Source of the DNA: Pseudomonadota bacterium | GTDB taxonomy: Bacteria > Bdellovibrionota_F > JAHFAK01 > JBDREC01 | Direction of reading: 5' to 3' | NCBI GenBank assembly: GCA_043820105.1 | Contig: JBDREC010000004.1 | Location: forward strand, 5,682 to 69,681 | DNA length: 64,000 bases | Part shown: one piece after another, positions 38,836-48,846 of the stretch | Layout: each line of letters starts with the position of its first letter | Position numbering within the stretch: position 1 is the first letter of the stretch | Made by a program: the position numbers and the translations under genes | Notes under the pieces: generated by a model | Database searches by the model: none | The model's input: the letters and a program-made list of their open reading frames with translations, nothing else | What the model was told of the DNA's origin: nothing

Positions 38836-39978
38836 ATGGATAATTTTCCTTGGGAACTTATCAATCCATATTGTGATGAAGTTGATGAAAAAAATATTGG
38901 TGTTTTTTTTAAAGATCCCAAGTTCTTGGAACTTAATACAACAGTTTTAAATGCAATTTATTATAGGATAAGAAAAAATCCCGATTTAACTAAATTACCT
39001 CAAAACATTGTTTCAGAATTATCTCAGATTTATCATCGAAATTTAGCTAGAAATACATTGTTAAGACAAAACCTTTTAGATATTTTAGGTCAATTTAATG
39101 CTAATGGACTGCAATGCATAGTTTTAAAGGGCGGGATTTCCCTTTTTCAATCAATTTATCCAACAAACGCAATTAGATATATGGGAGATATTGATTTATT
39201 AGTAGATTCAAATGATTTTGAAAAGGCTAAATCGCTTTTAAATAAGAATAATTATTTTTTAAAAGATGATGGCTCTTTTTATAATGATGATACCATTTTA
39301 TTTATAGACCTACACTCTTCAAAAAACAGACAATATAAAAATAAAAAAATCGATATTGACCAATTTATTAAGAAAGCACAGGTGATAAGTGTTGATGGTG
39401 TAGATGTTCGAATTCCATCTCATATAGACCAGTTATGGTATTATTTTTACCATTCCTTTTATAGGCATTCTTATCTTGCTGAACCTGATAATCCAGAAGT
39501 TTTGCTCGAGTTGATATCATATATTAAGTCTTATGAGGGTTTGATTGATTTTAATGAACTTATTCAAAGGGCTTTTCATAGTAAGTGTGAACTCGTTTTT
39601 GCTATTGTTGTTTATCTGCTTGATGAAAGGTTTTCTACCTCACTTTTAGATGATCGTCTTCATGATCCAAATCTTGCCCTTTTTTTATCTTGGATAAAAT
39701 ATTCAAAACAAATAAATAAGAAATATCACTATGCTCTTAGTAGATATAATCAAATAAATATTACACGACCTGGTTTGTTTAGAAAGTTCGTTCAAACCAT
39801 AAAGGTTTTAATAATTACTCCTGTGTTATTTGAAAAAAAAGAATTTATTCTCAGTTTTTATAAGGTTAAGAATTCAAGATTATTGCCATTGTTAAAAACT
39901 ATCCATATATTTAGACTTTTTTTTCTAAATTGTTTTATTTGGTTTAAATGGATAATTTTTTATTTGAAAAAACATTAA
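38836..39978 (+). CDS. PF14907-type 'uncharacterised nucleotidyltransferase' family protein
   Basis: LKGGISLFQSIYPTNAIRYMGDIDLLVDSNDFEKA matches the LKG...R.MGDIDLLV core of the family seen beside HprK-like kinases in lasso-peptide loci. Confidence 0.6.
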   Translation: MDNFPWELINPYCDEVDEKNIGVFFKDPKFLELNTTVLNAIYYRIRKNPDLTKLPQNIVSELSQIYHRNLARNTLLRQNLLDILGQFNANGLQCIVLKGGISLFQSIYPTNAIRYMGDIDLLVDSNDFEKAKSLLNKNNYFLKDDGSFYNDDTILFIDLHSSKNRQYKNKKIDIDQFIKKAQVISVDGVDVRIPSHIDQLWYYFYHSFYRHSYLAEPDNPEVLLELISYIKSYEGLIDFNELIQRAFHSKCELVFAIVVYLLDERFSTSLLDDRLHDPNLALFLSWIKYSKQINKKYHYALSRYNQINITRPGLFRKFVQTIKVLIITPVLFEKKEFILSFYKVKNSRLLPLLKTIHIFRLFFLNCFIWFKWIIFYLKKH

Positions 39979-39997
39979 GAATAAAAAGGATGAAATA

Positions 39998-40288
39998 ATG
40001 AGTATAAATCCAGAAACCATTATAATAAAAAATAAAAATCTTTTAGATCGTGATGTCAAAGATGGCAGTGTGCTGTATGATATAAAAAAAGGGAATGTGC
40101 ATGTTCTAAATAGTTATGCTTCCTTTGTTTGGTTATCTATGGAAGATGAATGTGTTTTTCAGGATTTAGTAAACTCAGTAAAGCAAGAGTTATCAGATTC
40201 TCAAATTGATCATAATGAGAAAATTTCTGAGCTTATTAAAAAATTTATTTATGATGGATTAATTGAGATTAAAAATAGTGAGTCTTGA
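39998..40288 (+). CDS. PqqD-family protein (RiPP recognition element-like)
   Basis: VHVLNSYASFVWLSMEDECVFQDLVNSVKQEL...ISELIKKFIYDGLIE fits the PqqD pattern hxLNxxxxxIWxxxDGxxTxxEIxxxLxxxY...DVxxFLxxLxxxGLI. AAGGA RBS. Confidence 0.7.
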   Translation: MSINPETIIIKNKNLLDRDVKDGSVLYDIKKGNVHVLNSYASFVWLSMEDECVFQDLVNSVKQELSDSQIDHNEKISELIKKFIYDGLIEIKNSES

Positions 40289-41106
40289 TGATTTTATATT
40301 ATAATGTAAATGCTATAAGTTTTTCAATTCAAGCTAATAAAAAATTAGCAATTTTAATTAAACAACAAATATATCCTTCAGCAATTATTTCTGAAAAAAC
40401 TATTGAAACTGAAATTAATTATTTAGTAAAAAACTCAAATGGATATTTTGAGATTTATGAAAATAAGTTGAGACTTTATAAATGCAAAAGACTTGAATAT
40501 TTAGTTTCAAAGTTGGAATGGTATATTACTGGCAAAATTTTGAGAGAACTAAATGGTTTTTTGCAAATACATGCAGCCGGAATTGTCAAAAATAATAAGG
40601 CAACCCTTGTTATTGGTGATCATGGAATTGGCAAGACTATTATTTTAACCTATTTTTTATTAAAAGGTTATCGTTGCTTATCAGATGATATTATTTTGCT
40701 TAACCCAAAAGATTTAAGCGCTCATTGTTTTGCACGTGGATTTAAAATTAATAAAGATACTTATAGAATATTGCCAAAACTAAAACAGGAGTTTTTGGAA
40801 AAAACAATAAATAAGAATTGGGATTTTCGTATTAATGCAAAAGATATTAGAAAAAATGCATTTACAAAAAAAGCAAAGATTGAAAAAATTATTTTTGTCA
40901 AAAAAAACCATGAAAAAAAGCAAATAATTTATAAAATAGGTCAATCCGAAGCTTTTATAGATTTACTATTAAATTCTTTGAATTATAAGGAACATGAAAA
41001 ATATGGAATTAATATATTGGCGGATTTGATAGATAATAGCCAAGCGTATTGTCTTAAACGAGTTGGGTTTTTATCAATGATAAAGCAGATTGAAGCTATC
41101 TTATAA
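40288..41106 (+). CDS. HPr kinase/phosphorylase C-domain-like kinase (HprK-related)
   Basis: LQIHAAGIVKNNKATLVIGDHGIGKTIILTYFLLKGYRCLSDDIILL parallels the HprK P-loop region GxSGxGKSxxALxLxxRGHxLVxDD. Its start overlaps the PqqD stop (TGATG). Confidence 0.65.
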   Translation: MILYYNVNAISFSIQANKKLAILIKQQIYPSAIISEKTIETEINYLVKNSNGYFEIYENKLRLYKCKRLEYLVSKLEWYITGKILRELNGFLQIHAAGIVKNNKATLVIGDHGIGKTIILTYFLLKGYRCLSDDIILLNPKDLSAHCFARGFKINKDTYRILPKLKQEFLEKTINKNWDFRINAKDIRKNAFTKKAKIEKIIFVKKNHEKKQIIYKIGQSEAFIDLLLNSLNYKEHEKYGINILADLIDNSQAYCLKRVGFLSMIKQIEAIL

Positions 41107-41122
41107 TAAAAGGATAATTTTT

Positions 41123-42058
41123 ATGATACCATATTACATTCGTATGCTAAATGATGAAAATAGAATTAATCATTTCAAAAAAGCTATTTTTGAATGTGTT
41201 AAAGAAGGTGATGTTGTAGTAGAGATTGGTTCAGGTTTAGGAACTTATTCCTTTTTTGCTGCTTTAGCAGGCGCTTCAAAAGTATATGCTATTGAAGAAA
41301 CAGCTATTATTGAAGATTCAAAAAGTTTGGCCATGGAAAATGGGCTTATTGATAAAATTGAATTTATTAAAGCTGATTCTACTAAGGTTTCTTTACCTGA
41401 AAAAGCAGATGTTTTGATATTTGAAGACTTTAGTGCATCTTTTATTACTTCGCGCTGCAATAAAATTATAGTTGATGCAAAGGCTCGATTATTAAAAGAA
41501 AATGCTAAAATATTGCCATTTTGCTCTGAACTTTACCTTTCTTTACTAAAATCTGAAAAAATATATAAAGAACTTTCTTTAAAAAATGAGGGTGATTTGT
41601 ATGGTTTAGATTTTTCTTCTCTTTTTAAAAAGGGAATGAATAATTGGTATGTTGAAAAACTTGAAAGTAAAGATATTCTTTCAGAATCAAAATTGCTAAG
41701 AAGCTTTGATTTCTATATTGATAATGATTTTTCCTTTAATGAGGACTTAAGTTTTCAGCTTGAAAGTTGTGAAATATTTGGAATAACTTCATGGTTTGAT
41801 TTGAAAATTACAGACCAAGTATTTTTGTCAAACTATCCAAGCTCTTTACCAACTGTTTGGGGGCAGGCAATTTTTCCATTTGAAAAACCTGTTAAAATAA
41901 ATGAAAGCCAAAAAATCACTCTTTCTATGTGTAATCAGCAAAATGTTGAAATGACTGAACAATATTTTTCCTGGTCTCTAAAGGTAGGTGATGTATGTTA
42001 TAATGGCTCTACTTTTAAGGGTTTTTCCTTGGATGTTGAAAGTCTTGTAATGAAATGA
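41123..42058 (+). CDS. Protein arginine N-methyltransferase (PRMT)-like class I SAM methyltransferase
   Basis: YYIRMLNDENRINHFKKAI (compare PRMT HEEMLKDxVRTxxY), motif I VVEIGSGLGTY, post-I AALAGASKVYAIE, ADVLIFEDF (compare VDIIISEWMGY). ATG 41123 with AAGGA RBS. Confidence 0.6.
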   Translation: MIPYYIRMLNDENRINHFKKAIFECVKEGDVVVEIGSGLGTYSFFAALAGASKVYAIEETAIIEDSKSLAMENGLIDKIEFIKADSTKVSLPEKADVLIFEDFSASFITSRCNKIIVDAKARLLKENAKILPFCSELYLSLLKSEKIYKELSLKNEGDLYGLDFSSLFKKGMNNWYVEKLESKDILSESKLLRSFDFYIDNDFSFNEDLSFQLESCEIFGITSWFDLKITDQVFLSNYPSSLPTVWGQAIFPFEKPVKINESQKITLSMCNQQNVEMTEQYFSWSLKVGDVCYNGSTFKGFSLDVESLVMK

Positions 42059-42106
42059 AACAGACCCTGTCCTCGGCGCAAGCCGCTGATATTAAAGGCT
42101 AAAATT

Positions 42107-42135
42107 GGCTTGCAACATTGCTAAACATTTGCTAT
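42107..42135 (+). promoter_or_regulatory. Near-consensus sigma70 promoter upstream of the small Tat-signal peptide gene
   Basis: TTGCAA, 17-nt spacer, TATAAT. Confidence 0.5.
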
Positions 42136-42183
42136 AATATTAATTCAAATGGGAGAGTTTAACTATCGACATTATGGGTTACA

Positions 42184-42375
42184 ATGAAAAATAATAGACT
42201 TAATCTTGAAGACAATAAAAAACCTAAGAATGAATCCAGAAGAGAATTTCTTAAAAAAGCAATTTTGGCTACAGCTATTGCAACACCAATGGTGCAAACT
42301 TTTAAAATAAAAGAACTAAGAGCTGATCCGCCTTCCTGGAGTATGGGAATGGGTGGTAATCCAATGGGCATGTAG
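42184..42375 (+). CDS. Small 63-aa protein with twin-arginine (Tat) signal and Met/Gly-rich C-terminus
   Basis: SRREFLKKAILATAIATP matches S/T-R-R-x-F-L-K followed by a hydrophobic region. The C-terminus is PPSWSMGMGGNPMGM. Confidence 0.5.
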   Translation: MKNNRLNLEDNKKPKNESRREFLKKAILATAIATPMVQTFKIKELRADPPSWSMGMGGNPMGM

Positions 42376-42388
42376 TTTTGTAGTTTTT

Positions 42389-44251
42389 TTATGATATTGG
42401 GTCACTTTTGTCTTCAGAAATATCAACAATCATTACTCTTTCTTTTATTCCTGAAAGGTAAACAACTTCATATCCTATAAAAAGTTCATCTTCTGAATAT
42501 TTCGGTAATAGATTTCCAAGTTCATTTGTGTCAATTGTATAAATACTCAGGGCTTGTATTTGATTGAGCATGCCTTTTACATTTTTTCCAAAAATTAGAC
42601 CCGCTACTTTTGCAAGCACTGTGGGTTTAACTTCAGATCTATATAGATTTGCTCTAACTGAATCTCCATTTAATGCAACATATGCTTCAAGCTTTTTTTG
42701 TTTTGTTGATTTTTGTATGAGCCTTCCTATTCCCGCATTTTTCGAAAGATCTTGATAGCCTTGAGCAAAATCACCTATAAAACTAAATAATTGGAGCGAG
42801 TTTTCTGCAACATATTGAACAACTTCAAAAATTTCAGGATCATCATAAGTGGCTTCACTGAGGTTTCTATCATAAGCTGCTAAAATATTTTTTTTCATCA
42901 TGTCATAATAAAGCCAAACTGGTGTTGATTTATATTCGTCTTCATAGAGTAGTTGAAGCCAAATAGTTTCACTGTCTTCTTTTACAAGAATATCTAATAG
43001 TCCAATTTTAACATTTGTAAGTCTTTTAAGACCATAACTTTTACTCACTGATGCTGGGACTTCAGTTGTTAAAGATAAAACTATGTTTGGAGTTTCTTTT
43101 TGATTTGAGTTAAAATATGAAAAATCTGGACTAGCCTCTTTTTCGAACAAGCCAACACTTGCAAACAATGCTTTAACTTGTGTTTTCAGTGTGTTAATGC
43201 TGTCATCATCTCCAGGAAGAACATTGTCAATTGTATTTAAGTAAACTTTAGCAACTGTAAAAGCAGAAGCATATGGATAATTCATTAACTCATCTGTTGC
43301 CGCCAAAACTAATCTATCAGCCAATTCTTTGTTTGGGCCTAATGCTTTTCTTAATTGCCATAACACATATCCAAATACTTCACCTAGATCGTGGACTTCC
43401 ATGTTGGACTGATATGCTACTTTCTTTTCTGCATTTCTTATTGGATCTGATCCACCAAAAACAAGACCAATCATTGGGCTTTCAAGAGTCATCATTGCCA
43501 TGTAGTCAGCAAAGGCTTCGTTATAGCCGCCATCAACTTCTGCATTAAATAAAACACGATCACCTAGTATTTGATCAAATATAAAGTGTCCTGTTTCATG
43601 TATTATAACACTTGGATCATATCCAGCTGAAACAAGACGTTCTTTTGATAATATTTTCGTTAAAAAGCTATTTTTTGCAGGAAGAAAGCTTAAGGTCATA
43701 TCTTCTGAATTAAAAAAAGCATTGTTTTCGCTTCTTATATTAGTGATAGGATCATTGACTTCTCTGTCAACATAGACTTGGAGCTTTTCATTAGTAGTAA
43801 AATCAAGACTTTCAAGTTTTTTAAGGAAGGTGTTAATCCAATAGTAAACAGTGCATTGCCTTATTATGCTGCCATTTTTATCTCTTGCTTCATCTTTTTC
43901 CCAAAACATCTTATCTGATACTGTATCAACTGCTACAAAAAAATTTCCTTTTTCTCTTAAAGGAACTAGATTTTGCTCTTCATCGCAATCATTATTACAT
44001 AAAATAATGTTATCATTTTGAAAAAAAACATCTTGGTATGGATTGCTAAATGCCTGACTAGGAGAAGTTGTTTCAACAAAGCGAAGCAAAGCTGCTGGCA
44101 CTTGATTTTCACCTAAGTCTCGCCACAATTCTTTTGCTTGCGCTGATTTGTAGTTCATTACAACAGGTAAATATGTTTTTGGAAAAATTGAAGAATAGAA
44201 AAATATGCTTAGGAAACTAAGTACTATTATAAGGTTATATCTTTGTTTCAT
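42389..44251 (-). CDS. Secreted thermolysin-like (gluzincin) zinc metalloprotease
   Basis: Signal peptide. HETGHFIFD (HExxH) followed by GGYNEAFADYMA (the NEAxAD third-ligand motif of the M4-like clan). Confidence 0.65.
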   Translation of the reverse strand: MKQRYNLIIVLSFLSIFFYSSIFPKTYLPVVMNYKSAQAKELWRDLGENQVPAALLRFVETTSPSQAFSNPYQDVFFQNDNIILCNNDCDEEQNLVPLREKGNFFVAVDTVSDKMFWEKDEARDKNGSIIRQCTVYYWINTFLKKLESLDFTTNEKLQVYVDREVNDPITNIRSENNAFFNSEDMTLSFLPAKNSFLTKILSKERLVSAGYDPSVIIHETGHFIFDQILGDRVLFNAEVDGGYNEAFADYMAMMTLESPMIGLVFGGSDPIRNAEKKVAYQSNMEVHDLGEVFGYVLWQLRKALGPNKELADRLVLAATDELMNYPYASAFTVAKVYLNTIDNVLPGDDDSINTLKTQVKALFASVGLFEKEASPDFSYFNSNQKETPNIVLSLTTEVPASVSKSYGLKRLTNVKIGLLDILVKEDSETIWLQLLYEDEYKSTPVWLYYDMMKKNILAAYDRNLSEATYDDPEIFEVVQYVAENSLQLFSFIGDFAQGYQDLSKNAGIGRLIQKSTKQKKLEAYVALNGDSVRANLYRSEVKPTVLAKVAGLIFGKNVKGMLNQIQALSIYTIDTNELGNLLPKYSEDELFIGYEVVYLSGIKERVMIVDISEDKSDPIS

Positions 44252-44426
44252 TTTGGCACTCCTTCTTCTATCATTAATTCACATGATATTGCTTTGAGCA
44301 AGTACTATGCCAGGCTCGGCATGTGGGTTTAAGGTTCTGATATGAAATCGAAAAATGGATTAAGGTTTTCTTTATTCACCTGTTTAAAGTAGTATCATTA
44401 TGGGATTAAATTATAATAAAAGGAGG

Positions 44427-46619
44427 CTAATTGGATTCTGCGTATTGAAATATTAGGGAAATAATATCAGGAGATGTATTGGGGTTATCAATAAGGCATA
44501 CTATGGGAAGATTAACTTTATATTCTTCAGTTTGATATGGTATTGCTGTTGTTACATTGACAATTGGAGTATCAAGAGAAATGCTTGTGCCAATGGAATC
44601 ATACAATTGGCTTCCGCTTGATATGGTAAGGGGTTTTGTAATTACTGATCTTTCACTTCCATTTGAAATGTCAACAGTGTATGTTGCAACTTTAAAAGCC
44701 GAATCAAGCCAGATGTTATTAAAAGTATTGGCACTGTCAACTTCTATAACCTCAACTGTTCTTTCTATTTTTGTTGGAATATCAAGATTATTGCTTTGAT
44801 TTAATATTGCTGCTTTCAGTATTTTTTTGCCATTGTTTTCTACTACATAAGAAGCTATTATTACCTTTGCTTCTTTAGCATGGTATAATCTTGGTGGATT
44901 GACCATTTCACTATCATCGAGGCTTATTTCTTCGATACCAACAGTATTCATTTCAGTGTCATTTTCTAAGGACATGACAGTAATTGTATTTCCATGAATC
45001 ATATATAATCTTTTTTTGCTTAAAGCAAAGTCAATTTCATTAAGACTTGTAATGTTGCTGGCAAGTTGTATTGGTTCCTTAAATTCTAATTTTACACCAT
45101 CTTCAATTTGAATTAGACTAATTGGAAATGCTAAGGCAGTTTGTTCTGTTGAGCTGAGAACTACAATATAGCCATAGTTAAGATTTTCTTGGCATAGGAT
45201 TTTTATCTCTTTGCTAAAAGAAGTTGATCCTTTTGTGACAGTATGTTCATTGCTGATATTACCTTCTCCTACTTTCAGGAGATTAAAAATATGTTTAGTG
45301 TTAGTTGCCTCAGCTGATATAAAATAAGTTGAGGTTTGATACTTAATTGCATCTGATAAAAATATTTTATCATCTGATGTTATGTTTTGAGAACTGCTTT
45401 CTGTGTCTTCAATACTTAAAGTTGTGATTACTTCAGGTTGTTGCTCTTTATATTTATTTAATAATATGTATTTTGTTGCAAAGAGTCCATTCGGCTTTTC
45501 TTCTTTGGCAGCAATAAAATATGAGTTAGGGTGTAAATACTTTATTTTAGGAGAAAAAGCCAAGCTTGATAAATCAGTTAATTCATATATTGTGCTTTTA
45601 TTAGTTTCAAATACGGGAATAGATTCGATATTTGTAGTTGTTGTGATTAATACATTATCTATTACCATAAATATAGAAAGTCGAAGTCTTGAAAAGTTAT
45701 TTTCACTGTTTGTTGAAAGGCTAATATTTGCAATTATATCCATTGTGCTATCAGCATAACTTTCTTTTTCCAGGCTTACTGAAATTTCAGAGCAGGTTCC
45801 ATATATACATTCATAATTAAAGTATATATGGTCAGTTGAGGCCACGCCATCTAATAGAGTCTTTGATAATGAATCATTTTCTGCTAAGTAAAGGTTGTGA
45901 TAAATCATAGCTTCTTTTTCATAAGAACTTACAGCTGTTTCATTTGAGAGTGAATACTCAAAATCAGCGTCAGCTGTTGATACATTAAGGTCTCCAAGGT
46001 CAATGTCACTTGAGCCATCTGATAAGGCGTCTGAAAGCTTGAAAATATCATTTAATGTTGCAATTCTTTCTTCATAATATTCTCCATCTGCATCAAGCAT
46101 TGGAAGATAAACAGAAACAAAGTGATATTCTTCGTCTTCGTCTAATGCAACTGAAAAATAACCACTTGAATTTAAAACCGCGTTAGGACTTGACTCATCT
46201 AATGTCAGGGTTTCAGTGATATCGCTGTTAAGTGAATGTACCTTAATAATCAGTGCTAGATTATCACTTGTTATTTCACTGCATTTTAATGCAGTGCTTT
46301 TGGGTGCTTTGGTAATATCAGATCTGGTAATAATATCTGTGCCTGTATCTTCATTTGAGTCTGTTCTTGTAATTATTCCCATATCATAAAGATCAGTTCT
46401 TGTGATTATTGTATTATCAGCAGATAGAGTGCCCAGGTCGTTATTATTGATAAGTTCTATTGTTTCTTCTAGATCTATGGTTCCGCTTATTGAGTAATCA
46501 GCAGAAGTGTTTGGGGTGTTTCCATTGTTTTCTTCTGAAGAAGTGAAAATTGTACAAGAATTGATAGAGATTGAGATTATGATTAAAATTAAGCTTTTTG
46601 TAAGTTGAATCTTGCTCAA
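44427..46619 (-). CDS. Large lipoprotein of unknown function, ISRND/TRTD-motif family
   Basis: Lipobox ISINSC. IITRTDLYDMGIITRTDSNEDTGTDIITRSDI near the N-terminus. Confidence 0.6.
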   Translation of the reverse strand: MSKIQLTKSLILIIISISINSCTIFTSSEENNGNTPNTSADYSISGTIDLEETIELINNNDLGTLSADNTIITRTDLYDMGIITRTDSNEDTGTDIITRSDITKAPKSTALKCSEITSDNLALIIKVHSLNSDITETLTLDESSPNAVLNSSGYFSVALDEDEEYHFVSVYLPMLDADGEYYEERIATLNDIFKLSDALSDGSSDIDLGDLNVSTADADFEYSLSNETAVSSYEKEAMIYHNLYLAENDSLSKTLLDGVASTDHIYFNYECIYGTCSEISVSLEKESYADSTMDIIANISLSTNSENNFSRLRLSIFMVIDNVLITTTTNIESIPVFETNKSTIYELTDLSSLAFSPKIKYLHPNSYFIAAKEEKPNGLFATKYILLNKYKEQQPEVITTLSIEDTESSSQNITSDDKIFLSDAIKYQTSTYFISAEATNTKHIFNLLKVGEGNISNEHTVTKGSTSFSKEIKILCQENLNYGYIVVLSSTEQTALAFPISLIQIEDGVKLEFKEPIQLASNITSLNEIDFALSKKRLYMIHGNTITVMSLENDTEMNTVGIEEISLDDSEMVNPPRLYHAKEAKVIIASYVVENNGKKILKAAILNQSNNLDIPTKIERTVEVIEVDSANTFNNIWLDSAFKVATYTVDISNGSERSVITKPLTISSGSQLYDSIGTSISLDTPIVNVTTAIPYQTEEYKVNLPIVCLIDNPNTSPDIISLIFQYAESN

Positions 46620-46788
46620 AACTATGTACCCCCGATATGCATTGGAAATTATAATCTTTATGCATATATATGTATATTATAGCACAAGACGAAGAAATAG
46701 AAAAGTGATGAATGTCACATAATTGTTTGGATTTAGAAAAACAAGATAAGCCTATGAAAATATAATAATTTATGTTTAAGCGCTGGCC

Positions 46789-48279
46789 TTATGCTGTGAT
46801 TTTCTTTTGTTTTGTTGACCAGATATAAAAGCCTACCATGGCTATTGTTGAAACGAATCCAACGCTTCCGAGTATCCACCAAATGATCCAGGGATTGTGA
46901 AGGTTCCATAGCATTTGAGTAGCTGAATCAAGTGTAGCTCCACTTCCCATTTTTTCAACTAAGGTTTCCATTATCTTTGTATTAGGAAATTGTTTTTCAT
47001 CCATGATCAAGGAAGCATCCATGCCAATATTATTTATAAGATATTCTCTTGCAAAAAAATATTTTGAAGCAAGTTTGTCATATAATGGGCCTGAGACACC
47101 ATTCCCAAGCGCCCAGCCTATGGCAAATGGAATATTAGAATACCCCATGTAAAGTGCTTTTTTATCTTTTGGAGCTGTCATTCCTATGTATTCTGAAAAT
47201 TTCGGACTACAGGCCATTTCACCAAAGGTAAAAACTATAATCATGATTACACAAAGGAAACCAATATTAGTAGCACCTGATCCAATAAAGCCAACAATTG
47301 AAATTACCATTCCACCGATTAAAGCTATTAGGGGGTTAAATTTTCCTGATAGCCAGCTAAGTGGAATAACAAACAAGATAATGGCAATTGGATTAATGTT
47401 AATAATCATTTCTGGTTTTACATGCCCTGAATCCATTATTGTATTTGAGCCCAAGATTGCACTAAAAATAGAAGCAACATCTTTTGTGTTGGTCCATTCA
47501 TCAATGAAGTTAGGCAGAAGATCCCAAAGTTGCATAAACATAAACCAGAAGCCAGAAAAGATTAGTAAGAAAATTAAAAATTGTTTATCTTTTAAAGTTG
47601 TAAGCGCTTCAATAAATGTTTGAGTTGCTGATTTTGGAATTGCATTTGGATCTTTTTCAAATTCATCGAAAAAGAAAATTGCAGGGATATAGTTAATGGC
47701 TGTGACTATGGCTGCTGCATAAAAAACATAACTCCAGGTTGGGGCTGATTCTGATCCTCTTAGGTTTGCAGCTAAGAAAGGAGCAAGAGCTCCACCAATA
47801 TTTACAACCCAATAAAAAAGACCAAAACCTACAGAAGAATTGTCTTCTGTAACTGTTTTAGCAATTGTTCCATGAGCTGAAGGTTTGAAAATTGCAGTTC
47901 CAGTACCTATTAATATAGCTGCAAATAACATTGACCAGAAGCCAATAGCTTTTGCCATAACAATATAGCCAGCAATATTAATTGCAAAGGCAACATATAA
48001 AGATTTTTTATAACCGTAATTGTCAGTATATCCCCCACTTATCATTGGTAATAAGCATTGAATTAAAGCCCAGATCATATAGATCATGCCTTTTTCTGTG
48101 TAGGTAAGACCAATACCCAACTGATCTGATGAGGCAACCAGGTAAAGTGGAAGAACAGCCCGAACTCCAAAAAATGCAAGACGTTCAAACATTTCCATGA
48201 TGTTAGCTATCCAGAAATTCTTTGGAAATGCCTTTACTTGCTGTAAGAATGGAGCTTTACTTTTCTTTACTTCATGCAT
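46789..48279 (-). CDS. POT/PTR2-family MFS peptide:proton symporter
   Basis: EMFERLAFFGVRAVLPLYL matches the ExxERFxYYG POT signature. About 12 TM. Confidence 0.7.
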   Translation of the reverse strand: MHEVKKSKAPFLQQVKAFPKNFWIANIMEMFERLAFFGVRAVLPLYLVASSDQLGIGLTYTEKGMIYMIWALIQCLLPMISGGYTDNYGYKKSLYVAFAINIAGYIVMAKAIGFWSMLFAAILIGTGTAIFKPSAHGTIAKTVTEDNSSVGFGLFYWVVNIGGALAPFLAANLRGSESAPTWSYVFYAAAIVTAINYIPAIFFFDEFEKDPNAIPKSATQTFIEALTTLKDKQFLIFLLIFSGFWFMFMQLWDLLPNFIDEWTNTKDVASIFSAILGSNTIMDSGHVKPEMIININPIAIILFVIPLSWLSGKFNPLIALIGGMVISIVGFIGSGATNIGFLCVIMIIVFTFGEMACSPKFSEYIGMTAPKDKKALYMGYSNIPFAIGWALGNGVSGPLYDKLASKYFFAREYLINNIGMDASLIMDEKQFPNTKIMETLVEKMGSGATLDSATQMLWNLHNPWIIWWILGSVGFVSTIAMVGFYIWSTKQKKITA

Positions 48280-48441
48280 TTTATCTCCTTTGTAGAATTA
48301 TTAAGGTTCGTTTTTTTGAAGGGCGTAATTGAATAAACCATGCTCGAATCAATACATCATTATATAATAAGAAGAAAATCGATAGCAGTAATGTTTTTAG
48401 ATGACAAGAAAAATATTTAGCTGGTAGTTAGTAGTGGATAT

Positions 48442-48492
48442 GGAGGTAGCCTCTTCTCCCCTCCAATTAATTATTATTTATTAATTATTGGT
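48442..48492. repeat. Intergenic element: GGAGG...CCCCTCC hairpin plus AT-rich ATTAATTATTATTTATTAATT block
   Basis: Directly visible. The same 21-mer and the same G/C hairpin type recur at 52571-52684. Confidence 0.7.
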
Positions 48493-48811
48493 TATTAAAA
48501 AAAGAATTTCCAAAAATTAATAGAAATAAACTAAAAACTAAAAAGTCAAAACATAAACAATGTTAAATATATATAATTCAAGCGATCAGGAAATCCTTCA
48601 CCCCTTGTGCCAGTGAAATAGCGCACATAAGAAAGCATTGACATCGTTAATATGCACCAAGCTTGCCCTGTGATTAAAGGCAGAAAAACCTTACATAAAG
48701 TTGAAACTCAAGCCGTCCTAAAAGTGTCGAAATTGTGAAAAAAAAGTTACGGAATAAGTTCTTGATATTATTGAAATGTGACAAGGATGTGAAAAAAATA
48801 TGAAAAAGATG

Positions 48812-48840
48812 TTGACAAAATAAGTTTCTTTGCTTATAAG
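48812..48840 (+). promoter_or_regulatory. Near-consensus sigma70 promoter driving the ORF-free segment
   Basis: TTGACA (48812-48817), 17-nt spacer, TATAAG (48835-48840). Confidence 0.5.
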
Positions 48841-48846
48841 CTATCT

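Noticed and set aside
38836-42058. Calling the cassette a lasso-peptide biosynthetic cluster.
   Set aside because: No Asn-synthetase-like cyclase, no transglutaminase-like leader protease and no ABC exporter are present in the window. Only the accessory-type enzymes and an RRE are present.
42072-42087. cggcgcaagccg hairpin after the methyltransferase gene as a rho-independent terminator.
   Set aside because: The stem is short (4 bp) and is not followed by a U-tract. Noted only as a possible structural element.
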